Positions 1 to 17,997 of a stretch of DNA of 64,000 bases are shown piece by piece (the stretch's first letter is position 1; every line of letters begins with the position of its first letter). Origin of the DNA: Pelomyxa schiedti (lineage: Eukaryota > Protista > Evosea); assembly GCA_020536535.1 (NCBI GenBank), contig JAHLWZ010000813.1, forward strand, positions 54,158-118,157, read 5' to 3'. The notes under the pieces were generated by a model. That model searched no databases. It was not told the origin of the DNA and saw nothing but the letters and a program-made list of their open reading frames with translations. Made by a program: the position numbers and the translations under genes.

Positions 1-1001
1 GTAGCAAAATGATCCAAACCAAAGGTTTCGATCAACCACTTCAGGATGAGAAACTGGCCTTTGTGTGCCGAGACCAGTAGCAAATCCCCGGTCATCAATT
101 TGTTTCCTTCATTGATTTGGAACAAGTTACTCATAATCCATTTGAAAACTTCCAAGTGTCCGTTTGAACATACTTCCTCCATAAGGTGAAACACACCCCT
201 CCTGCTCCAGAATTCCTCCACTAAGATATTTTCCTCCCGGAATACAGAACCCATAGACCGCCACTCCAGTAGTGAGGGTACCTATGTACATCCCCCACAT
301 TTAGTTGATGAATGAAACCACTTCTTGAGGATGGTTTTTTCCAAAAAAAAAAAAAAAAAAGAGGCCAGTCGCACCACAGTGCCACCACTACCAGCTTCCA
401 GAGCGCTGCTAGTGCCATAATCGAAGCTAACTGCGGTAGTTCCCCCCTTTGCTGGCCAGAATAGCCACCTCCTCGCCCTGGCCCTGTCCCCAGGCCCCTC
501 GCCCCCCTCCTCCACCCAGCACTCGCAGTTGGTCCCGACGAACCTCTGAGCGATTTCCAAGTGCCCGCCCATGCACAGCCCCGTCAGCACGGCAATCTGC
601 TCCCGGGCCCGCTTCCTCCCCTCCCTCTCCCGCTCCCAGTCCCCGTCCCCCCCTCCGCCTTCGGCCCGGCGTGCTTTCTTGCCGGCTGCGACGAGCCACG
701 CGACGCAGCGGGGGCTGGGGGCCGCCGCGGCGTCCTCGAGGGCGCGGTAGTGCGCGCTGGAGAGCCTGGCCCACTCCCACAGAGGGGGCGGGGCGACGGC
801 GCGGCAGCACAGCGCGACGAGGGGGAACGCCGCCTCCGCCGCCCGCAGCAGGCACGACGTGGCCGCCGCGGGGAGCAGCCGCACAGGGCGGACGCTGACA
901 CGGGCGGGGACCAACACCCACGGCACCAACACTTGCTCCCACAGTAGGCGCGAAAGCCAAACCACCCGCGCAGACGCCCCAGGGTCGACAGCGATGTTCA
1001 T
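1..1001 (-). CDS. Ankyrin-like repeat protein, lineage-expanded type; 3' end runs off the window
   Basis: ATG at 1001 (MNIAVDPGASARVVWLSRLLWEQ). Degenerate ankyrin motifs GLCMGGHLEIAQRF, EVCSNGHLEVFKWI and SAHKGQFLILKWLI. T-rich intron at about 282-375. Confidence 0.7.
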
Positions 1002-1059
1002 GGAATTCCCGACCGCCTCGAGGGTTCTTGGAAACAATACAATCCAAGTACAAAGGCTC

Positions 1060-4310
<3,251 letters not shown>

Positions 4311-4332
4311 AACGACCAAGTGCTTTTTTTAA

Positions 4333-7300
4333 TTACACTTTGGAACTATTTGTGGGTTTTACTGATTTGGGGGTGGTACTGCCACTACCCCACGAGTGCA
4401 AATTGTGGTGAAGGTTTTGTACAGGTTCTTCCAGCTCAGGGAATACTTTATACATAGAATCATACAGCGGTCCGACAACAAACTCGTTGAAAGCGCTCTG
4501 TGATGGAATCATTAGTGTTTTGGTGACCATAGATAATTAAATGTCTATCCATTAAGGTGGGTGTATCAACACAACCTGCATTTTTGGTACATTACAATCA
4601 TCTCTTTTCATGAAAGGGGAAACAGGAAGCCCAGCGCTTCGCTCTTTATCCCCTTGGGAGAGGAACTCTTCTACTACACAATGTGCCCACTTTTCACAGA
4701 TTGTCCAGTTTCGTGCTGAATTGGCGAGGTCGGCACATTTGATAAAAAGCTTGAGTGCCAGTAGCCTGGAAGTACTATCTGTGAATTTCAACGAATTTTC
4801 GGCTGTTGCGGTGCTAGACTTCCACATTCCAAGCAGTTCGACATGACTAGGTAACGTGAACAATAAAACCTAAAAATAAATTTTACCGAGACATATCAGT
4901 AGCCAGAACTAGATTAATAACAAGAGTGCGGAATTCGCGAAACCTAAGTTAGTTGTTACTTAGAGACCTGATTCAAATAAGGATACATTTCTTTGGAGAA
5001 CGAGGCTGTAAAATTCATGTCGGGCTGTTCGAGAAGTTGGAACGCTGTGGAGGCATGGAAATTCTCCAGGATAGAAATATCGTTATAGGTCATGCTGAGC
5101 TTAGATTTCGTGGCTGCTGGGAAGTTAAACTTGATTGGTACGGAACGGAGGAAAAAATACCAATAAGGAAGTTATTGTTAACACCTTGATAGTCGTCAGA
5201 TGTAAGGAAACATGAAAATCAAATACCAGGATGCTGTATATCATGAACAACGGCAGAAAATAATGCAGCAAAGTGTTCCATTGGAGTCAACTGCAAGACA
5301 CTGCCACATTTGGTCAGAAACCAATTCATCGCTTGTAGCACGTCACAGGCGTGATTCTGGGGTACTGATTATTTTTAGGTTTTTCCCCTTTTTATTTTCC
5401 TATCCTAACCTTATTGTGATACGGGGTAGTGATATAAGACTGATCCGCGGCATAGATGTAGTTATGTAAGTGTGTTGGTGATATTGCAAGGCTTTGAAGG
5501 ACTCCGCTTTTGTTGAACAGATAAGATGAAGCCTGGGCCAGAAGGGGGCCTAAATCGGTACTTAATGGGATGTCAATTACGCGTGTTTACCTTCTATTCC
5601 CAGTGGGCAAAAATCCCAGCTTTCAATTTGTTGTATTAAAGCCTGGTTGGGTTCCCCCTGCTGCCTGAATCAAAGGGAAGGAAGAATTAAAGAAGCAATC
5701 AATTGGACTAAAAGATTACAAGGCTAGGCTTCCTTGGACGAGAGCAGGTGTAGATAAAATAGGTACTGAGGTCTTGGTTAGAACTTGATCATAAAGGTAA
5801 TCCTTGATATCCGACTCGAGTTCTGTAAATTAATAAGTCGAAAATAAGTTGAGTGAAGGAGACTCCCCACCTGTTACATTACTATAGTCTACACTATACA
5901 TCTTGCGGGAGGTGATGATTCCTATTGCATATGCTAATGTATGGCTCTGCCGTGGGGATACATCTAATGATATTAGATCTATGTCCACTAGTTTGGGTGC
6001 TCACATTCTTTCAGTGACTCTAGGGCGCGCACAACACTTTCAGCAGGAGTACTGAGTAAGTCTCCTGGAGATACTCTTTGGCCGAGAACAGACTGCAAAT
6101 GCACGTTCTGCTCTTGAAGTTCGTCATTCACTTTAGCCATTTTTTTCTGATGGAATTGAGTTTGGTAAGAGTAAGGAAACGCAATACAAGTCTCCTGATC
6201 AGAAATAGTGCGATAGATAATAAGATGACAATGATTAACAATGACCCCAACGTTGGGGGCAGCCAATACACTAGATCGGACTTGGACTTGGTTGTACGGT
6301 ATTCTACAATAAACCCATTCCCAGCAGTTGCATAGTCAGTGATGAACACAAGCAGCACATGTTTTGAATAAATCGTCAGTGGCAGTGAACCGTAGCCATT
6401 GAGCAAACCAACAACAGCTCCATATGTCCCATTTTCGTCAGATAAGCGTACACTGAGTACATCACTCTCTTCAATGTAGAGAGAAGGAAATGTGAGAGTG
6501 ATTGCATCAAAGTCGCCCTTAGGGGATATCAACCACGAGCAGTAAACATTTGCCACATAGGTCATTGCCATCCCCTCTGGAGGGTAGTCACTCTGTATAG
6601 TGCCACTTGATTCTTCGACTACTACGTGCCCACTACAGCCTCGAGAACAGTCGTACCAAAATCTACCCAAGGCACAAACACATTCAGAGTTTACACAGTA
6701 TCCGTGTCCTTGTGACAGTCCGCATTGATTTGCCCGAGTGGACCCACAGGTAGCGTTTTCGGCCCCACAGGAAAGCCAATCTGAGTACTTTAGCACACAG
6801 TACACTAAACTTGATAGATACCTTTGACGTGCAATGCACTTTGAAGGAGGGTTAAATCTATGTTTGTTGTTTTTACTGCACGAAGAAAAACATAAGGAAG
6901 GGAAAATAAAGAAGGTAGATGCCTGTTGTGAGCACAATGTAATAATCTCCTGGAGGGAAGAATGCCGGGAGAACATGTTGCCCCTTCACATCAATGTCAC
7001 TATCAATTCTCTCGCCTACATCATGTAGTTTGGACCAAGAATATAAGTACCTTCCTTTTGGTTAGAGAACGAGTTTGATTTGCGGCTGTTAACCTCCAGT
7101 CCAGTATCCTATCCCCGTGGAAGATAGTATACCACGCCCATAGTGCGGGAAGCATAAGATCATACAAATTTGCACTGTGCAATATTTAGAAGGGTAACGC
7201 AGTTTTTTGTAGAGAGATACGGAACAAAGAAAGTCATATTGAACTGATCTTGAGGGCATATAGTCGTTTCCATTGAAAATTGTAACCCACAAGAAACTCC

Positions 7301-8094
7301 AGCCCAAGGTTCTTCACAGTCACACCAACCAAGGAGATCGTTGCACTCTCCATGGGCACTACAATAGCTTGTGCAACTTGGCTGGTAGCACTCCCAAGTA
7401 AAAATAAACTCCACACTGTGAACATTAACGCCACTGAGGCCAATCCCCTCACCAGCCAAGCTACTTGAATTGTCCGTAGCGAATGTGAAGTAGAGATTTA
7501 AACCAACAGTAGCCCGTGCAGAACAAGCAACAGTGGCAGAAAAAGTGGTTGGAGTTTTGGGTACAGTGCCACTCAATGGAAGATCCACAGAAGCTGTGAA
7601 ATCAGATACGCCCACGGTATTTGACTTGGAGGAAACAACCACACGATCAGAAAGATACTATGCTATGGTGTCAACAAATACAGCAGAAGGAGGGGCCAAA
7701 GATTACCTGATATTCTGTGCTGGTGTTGCCTGTTGACGAATCCCACCACCGAAAATAGATAGTAGGGTATGGATAGTTGAAATGAGGAGCATAGAGAGTC
7801 ACGTTTTCAGTCGAGAATTCTGGCTGGACTTGGCCACACACAACCACATCCTGGAACACTCCATCTTCCTGTTGTGTTTAGTTTAACAACCCAACAAACT
7901 AAAGGACAAGATAGGAAACTAATAGAATGAGGAGCAAAAAAGGGAAAAAAAAAAGGTCGAGTGCACTCAACTACATTTCTAATTTGCAGAGTCGGACAGG
8001 AGGCAATCACTCCCCGGTTAGTCAAGCCATTATGGGACGCGGCCGCGTGCAGCACCCACACCGCTACGAGCACGCACACGCCGAGACCAACCAT
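4333..8094 (-). CDS. Single-pass receptor-type class I cyclic nucleotide PDE: signal peptide, EGF-like, EGF-like, CUB, TM, coiled coil, PDEase_I
   Basis: Signal peptide MVGLGVCVLVAVWVLHAAA. EGF motifs CSAHGECNDLLGWCDCEEPWAGVSC and GHGYCVNSECVCALGRFWYDC. CUB SSGTIQSDYP..YVANVYCSWLI..GNGFIVEY. TM LPPTLGSLLIIVILLSIALFLI. Spliced PDE motifs YHNKNHACDV, HDIQHPGVNNNFL, ENFHAS, LATDMS, KCADLAN, EEFLSQGD. Confidence 0.85.
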
Positions 8095-8366
8095 CAAAAC
8101 TACGTGTGGCAACTTGTACGACCTCAGAAGGAACTGAGAAAAGAGCAGACAACGCAGAAGAAACTTATGCTAAATGGGAAAACTTCAAACATCCTTTCTC
8201 CAAAATAGGGAGTTCCTAGTGCTCTGGCTTGATGCAGATCATTCTGCGCGACGATCAATCCCCGAATGTCGTTTTGAACACTTCTTCCGCTTGCAGAATT
8301 TCGTGAACAAGCACTTTCTCTGCTTGTAATTTTAAGTTTGTGTGATGTAGCGGAATGTCTATCAGT

Positions 8367-11007
8367 TCAAAGCTTTTTGCCGACGGCGAACCACCTCGGA
8401 ACTTTCTTAGTCGGAGGGATCCCTGTGGGAAAGTGTAAGTAGCGTAAGAGAAAAGTGTTGTGAGTACCCGGAAGTTCTTCAACTTCATGATTAGCAATGG
8501 GCCCAACGTGAACTTGCTTGTTACATCGTGCACAGAGGTGGGCGTAGCAGCTCTCACACCAGAGGGTTGCTTCTTGGGTGGTGCAGTTCAAGCAACGCTT
8601 TACCGCCGGATCAGTGGAGGCGGTGATGCTCCTGGCAGAGGCATTCGAAGTCGATGCAGATGGTAGTGGTGTGTGTGTGGAAACAAAATGCTGAGCAACT
8701 TGCGCATCGTAGCTCCAATTTGGGGGTAGTTTCTCTCTGACATTGGACATCAAGTCCTCCCTTAGAAACGGATGTGATACCACTGATTTATAATTAGCCT
8801 TTGTCAGGAAGATGAAATCTTGCTTACAAGAAGGATTTTTCCATTTGAAATGAATCAAGGCCGATGGAACAAGGCCACGCTTTATCAAGTTACATTCTGG
8901 ATCTCCTAGTTGTTCCACAGGAGGTGAGGTAACTGAGATGTTGTGAGCTATTTCCGTTATTTCATTGACATAGCATACAGAGGATAAACGGATGTTCAGG
9001 GTGAGCTAAACAAGTCTGTACAAATTCGAATATTGATTGCACGTTGGCTCGTGGATGAAATGCCCGTTCTATTTCAATGCGATCAGGGAATCGGACACGT
9101 ATTTTGGCCTGGATGCCCATAAAAAAAAAATGCTTCAGAGTCCGAGTACCTTGTCAAACTGACTCCATTTTCTCATTTCCTCCCTTTCCCGTATCTCTCT
9201 TGTTTTGAGAACTGCACGGTCAGCTTCTGCTTCCCTGCGGGACATCAGTTCATGTTCACGAATGCTATTGAGATCTTCCGCTGTGATTTCATAGAATGCT
9301 TCAGGGATCTCCACTTTTTGTGTTCTTGTGATTAGCTTATGCATGAAAACAGGCGGTTCGGTTAGTGACAACTTACAAGCAGAAGGGTTGAATGGTGTAT
9401 CACATGGTGGGTAAACAGAAACAGTTTTGTCACCTTCAGGTAGATCAAAAACAATAGGCTCGGAAATCCCCTATCAACATAACAAATTTATAGAAGGGAA
9501 TGTCCTACAAACCGACGAGGCTGTGTCTTTTGCAGAAATTTTAGGTGCCTTTTCATGATGTTAAAAAAAAGGACAAAAGATATCGGCAGTAAGTCACCAT
9601 GCTGCCAGAATTTCTAAGAGAATTTTGCTGAGCCTCTTGAAATATGCGAAGCTGTTCGGCATCACTGTTTGGATGGTCAATGCTTCTTCAAAGTTCATAT
9701 GTGTACCGGGCAGCTTGGTCTGCAGCAAGCATCATTTCATAATCCCTTCTTTGAATTTCTAGTCGAGTTGCACGCTGCCTGGCCAGTTCAGCTTGGAAAG
9801 CCTCACTCTCAGCCTGCTTACGTCTTGCCTCACCTTCAGCTTGTTGGATCTTCATGGCTTCTTCAGCTTGTTTTCTTCTAGTTTCAGCTTCAGCCAAGGC
9901 TTTTTCTTCACGAAGACGCTTGGCCTCTTCTTCCACTTGCCTCCTAAGAGGTACCATTAGATGCAGACGTTGTTCGCATTAGCTCACCTTGTGGTTGTAT
10001 GTTGATGTTGAGTTATACAAACATTTAGGGAGCTTAATTACAAACCGAGCTGCTTCTTCCTGTGCTCTTTGCTGTTGGGCAACTTCGAGATCGTGCTTGC
10101 GCTTTTCCTCCTTCGGTTTGATTAGGATGATATGAGGAGGGAAAAAGGGTAACTAAAGCAGCTTTTTCAGCTTCAACGAGTCTTTTTTGTTCTTTTTCAA
10201 TTTCCACAACTTCTTCAAATGATTTCCCAGTCGAGCGATATGTCAATCTTCACACGCAAATATTAAAGTAAGTAAGAACAAAGGGGGAGAAGAACTCTTT
10301 CTTACCTGAGCAGGACAGAACCTGATGAAATGCCCAACTGCTGTAAAGTTGTACTCTGAAGAACTAGTATACCCCCAACCTGGATGCAAGTGAGTATCTT
10401 CTTACGCACAGAGAAGCAGGACCTCGCGATTCATAAAGTACAACACAGGCTGCAGATAAGAGCCACTCTTGTCAACCATTTTTGCCAATGAAGGTTGTGA
10501 AGGACTTGCACAAAGGTTCAAGATGTCCCACAATGTTGCCGAAGAGGGTGTCGAGACGACAACACGATCTCCCGATTCAGGCTGGATTGCCACGACCACA
10601 GGCTTCCCTTTTTCTAGTTATCAGGGAAAAAACAACTCAAGAGTGAGGGTCGAAAAACCAGCAGTAGAGCAAGGAGTCAGGTCCAGAGTTTGACCAGGGG
10701 CCAAGCCAGATATACGAAAAATCAGAGACATATCCAATGGCTTCCCGTTCTTGCTGCATCATTTTTTTTTTGGTTTGGTTTGGTTTGTTTAAACAAAACA
10801 TAACGCAACAAAAGCGCAACAGCAAACACGAATCCCAAGACAAAGAGAGCGTCCCAGATCTGAAAAACAAACGCACGACAAACAGTATCCCGCAGGCTGC
10901 AGACCAAAATTCGAGCACGCCGAGTCCCGCACCTGCGACAAACTAGTTGCGGGCGTAACTTTGACGGAGTAACGACGCCCCCCAAACACCACCGACAACG
11001 TGCTCAT
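8367..11007 (-). CDS. TUG/ASPL (ASPSCR1)-like UBX protein with a C-terminal B-box zinc finger
   Basis: N-terminal UBL1 (RRYSVKVTPATSLSQVRDSAC), second ubiquitin-like segment, coiled coil, UBX (IRVRFPDR...GLVPSALIHF), B-box CLNC..C..C...C..C...H.....H, C-terminal VPRWF. Confidence 0.78.
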
Positions 11008-11130
11008 CTTTGTCTTTGTTTTGTTGGCGGAATGAAAGATCTCTCAAATTTGTGTTTCGTCTTTTTCTCGGTGTTTGGCGGGTGATTCATCACTTCAATC
11101 AACGGGGGCGTGAGGAGGCGCAGGGGAACG

Positions 11131-12222
11131 ATGTCACTGGAGGACTTGCCCGATTTGATAGTTACACTGGTGGCGGAGCGGTGCATTCCTGCGTGGCTGG
11201 TTTCTGGGGTCCCTCCTCGTTCTATTTCTGTTTCTTACTGCGTGGACTACGCGCACCGCGGCTGGCCCCTTAGAGATGTTGTGCGTTTTGGGGCCACGTG
11301 CCGCCGGATACACTCTATTGTGGGAGCCAGTGACACGCGCCTGTTCAGGCCTCTGGCTGTTGGACTTTTCAATCTTGATGCCTCCTTAAAGGTTTTGCAT
11401 ACAATAGGGGTTTTTCCTGTAAACCTGTTTTTGTTATTTAATTCTTGCAGCCAAAGGGATTGACTTGGCTCCAAGTCTGCAAGCATTGCATTCTGAGGGA
11501 AATAAGTGGTGTATATCGTATGTGGACTATAGTCAAACAAATTAATTGGGATATAACATATGGCTGGCTGCTCAACCTTCAGACACCAGAAATTGTGAAT
11601 GTACAATAATTCGCACTCAATATCCCTTATCCCTTGACATTTAGTTAAGTGCACAGAAGAAACACCCTTGATTGGGTCTGGAAAGTTCCACAACCAAAAG
11701 TTGATGAGCCGGGACTTCGATGCAGTGTTTTCTGGTACAAGGCTACATGAGCCTGATTCCCCATTGCACTCTCTCCACCTGAACTTTGGAACCACTGCAT
11801 GCAAGTGGGTACCAAGTGATAGCACCAGCTTTATAGATGAATCCACATTCACCCCATACTTTTGCCCGAGACCTAATGAAGAAGCCGAGCTGACATGGAG
11901 ATTCCATGGAGTTTTTACCAATGATTACCATGCGCGGGATGGCATAGTTCATGGCGTAAAACTGCTCGATGACACTGTATCTGAGTGCTGTGAGCGAGTA
12001 CAAATTAAGGCCGCATACGAGTGTGAATTCCAGCCAACTGTCAGCTTCCTTGTTGGCAATGCGTACTTCCAGGTATTCTCTTCTTCTCTCATATGATTCT
12101 GATAACAAATAACTGTGGTTCAGGTGCACAATTGGTGCCTTGTGTACAATCCCGATGATCGTCTTGCTAGGTGGGTACCACACACAAATGTCTGTTTTCA
12201 AACAAACCAAGAACACCCTTGA
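11131..12222 (+). CDS. Hypothetical protein with an F-box-like N-terminus
   Basis: MSLEDLPDLIVTLVAE...LRDVVRFGATCRRIHSI resembles a split F-box. GT-AG introns link the ORF pieces. Confidence 0.5.
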
Positions 12223-12349
12223 CGTAGTTTCCTCGAATACCGGGAAAGCACACAAACAAAAAAAAAACAACCATTCCCACGTGCAACACTGGATTTTTGT
12301 TGGTTTTTGATGAATTTGAAGATCCCACTTACTTCCTTGAACAACAAAA

Positions 12350-15638
<3,289 letters not shown>

Positions 15639-15679
15639 TAAGAACAAAATACAAGTACTTTGATATTTCCCTTTCAACT

Positions 15680-17800
15680 TTACTTGCGTTGGTTCCAGCT
15701 CAGAACAGTCACAAGCGAATGGACCCAGTCCTTATCCTCGTCATCCTTGCAAACAGAGGGCACAGGATATGGACACTGTTCCACTCTCACAAAATCGGGT
15801 GTGTTGAGTTGGATTGATGGCCGGCCGTCTATGGTCGCTCGTGCAACAGGGCAGTCATCAGGTACCTTTTGTTGACACCCATGTGGGAAGAAAGGGGAGA
15901 AAATTTAGTGTACATTCTGGAATTTAAATTTTATTTTAGATTTTTTTTTCCTATGATATATTCACGTACTTAGTAGTGTAGTAAGGAGTTGTTATTCATG
16001 TGGTGGAACATACGTGAACTTCGAGAACAGAGTGTGATGGGAATATGATGGGCCGAGATGCCAGGGTATGAGGTGCCAGGAGTGTCATAGTGATTCCATT
16101 TACACTTTGGTGAAGAAGAGGCCCTCCGGCACTGAGGTTGTATGCTGTGCTTCCAGTGGGAGTACATATGATCACCCCGTCAGCTTGCACGTGAGCAAAC
16201 TCCACCTGATCACACAGGCAGGTGAGTTTGGATAGTCTCATGTGCTCGGGATGGTCAACAACCTTGATGGAAATTAGAATTAATTGGTCTGTGGAGCTTT
16301 TTGTTCTGCTTTTGATTTGGTTTGGGGGTTGGTTGTGGAAGAAAACGGTACCACTTCATTGAGGAACGAATAGGACGCCGTTGTTATTATGCCAGTCTGT
16401 AATAATCACGAGGTGAGAAAAGTGTAAGAGTCAACAAAAAATGGAATTGAACCGGTGTTGGGTGCATGACCGAGGCTATGAGTCTCGCTCGGAGAGACAT
16501 TTTCATATCCGCGTTGTTGGTGAGAATTTTTGCTGGGGTGGAACAAATTAAGTAATGTCTCACTACAACACAGTAGAATTGTACTTAGAACTGGTTCATA
16601 TTCCGTTTGCTCATGTAGAGTCAAAAACCCTAGCGTGCCTCCTCTGAAGCATACCATTGGCGGGACTCGTTTGGGAAATATTCCTTGTGCCCACAGCAAA
16701 GTCCCTATACGAGAGTCAAATGAACTGCATTTACACTTGACAAATAATTACCATCGCCACCAAGGCATACAATGAGATCTACCTGTCAGAACATGTTTCG
16801 TCAAGGGCGAAGGTGAGAAAACCTACTTACTTTTTCTGCAAGGTCTTCTCCATCAATCCATGTTCGCAGTTTTTGTCCTCCAAGTCTTGAAAGTAGTTCT
16901 TCTGATCTTGGCAGCTCCTCGCAGCACACTGCCCGTTCGACGATAACCGTAATTCCTTGAGCAAGTAAACTGGAGCATATCCCGACAAAGACTCGTACTA
17001 CTATGAAATGTGAACGGAATATTAACATAGTGGCAGCATGCTATGCCATTTTGAAACGAAATGGAATGAAATTTCAGTATTGTACATTGTTCATTGCTTG
17101 GCTTCTTGATAATCAAGATGGTTCTTGGGGAGTCACTCCATTTCCAGGTAACACTACTGCTGCTCGGCCGGCTTGGATCCGACGGGGTGTAAACAACACC
17201 CCTCGCACAGGGAAGATCGGCTATTCCGTGAATGCAGCACCTCGCGGCACACGGCGGAACGGCGCTGGTGAGAGGAAGAGAGCCCGATGAATTCGTACGC
17301 AGCGACGGGCTCGGCGAGGTCGACAGCGAGTTGAGGCCAGGAATAGTCGTCGGGGAGCCAGTGGACAACATGTCGCCGGGCAGCATGAGCGGCCCTGAGT
17401 AGGCCATCATATTGGCAGCTATCAAAGGTGACAGGCTCCCACTGGGGACACCGGAACCACTTGAAGAGCTGGCAGCCGCGCTGGTGCCAATTGTGGGAAT
17501 GCAAGCAGAAGCGGTTGAGAGTGCGGGACTGGTGGGGGTTTTGAAGCAAGAACAAGCGGTTGTATTACTACCAATCGGCACAGATTGAATGGCACATGAC
17601 GATGATGAAGAAGTTGTGGCGGCTGGAGGGAGTTGTGATGTTGTTGGTGTTTCGAAAGTAATTATGGGAGACGAACAAGATGACAATGAAGGTGACAACA
17701 CGGGGGTCACGTCTCCTCCCATAATTGTTGAGTTTGATGTGGTGTTGGGGGGAGTTGTGTTGTTCTGTGTCGGTTGCGTGTGCGACTCCGGGTTCGTCAT
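15680..17800 (-). CDS. NADK: NAD kinase with a Ser/Thr-rich N-terminal extension
   Basis: LGGDGT, GTLGFL, NE motif, ADGVIICTPTGSTAYNLSAGGP, APHTLASRPII, terminal LSWNQRK. Start at 17800 or 17722. Confidence 0.92.
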
Positions 17801-17997
17801 TTTCGTACTTAGTTATTTAATTTTTCTTGTTTTCGGTCGCGAACTGGGATCAGGCCCGCGAACCGTTTTTTTTGGTTTTGTTTGTTATTCTGGGTTTTTC
17901 AAAGGAGATGGTAGGTACAAAAATAGTGGACTTTTTTTCCAGTGCTGGTTGGTTTGAGATGGAACTTGTAATTCCATCTATAAGGGAAAAAACACTA

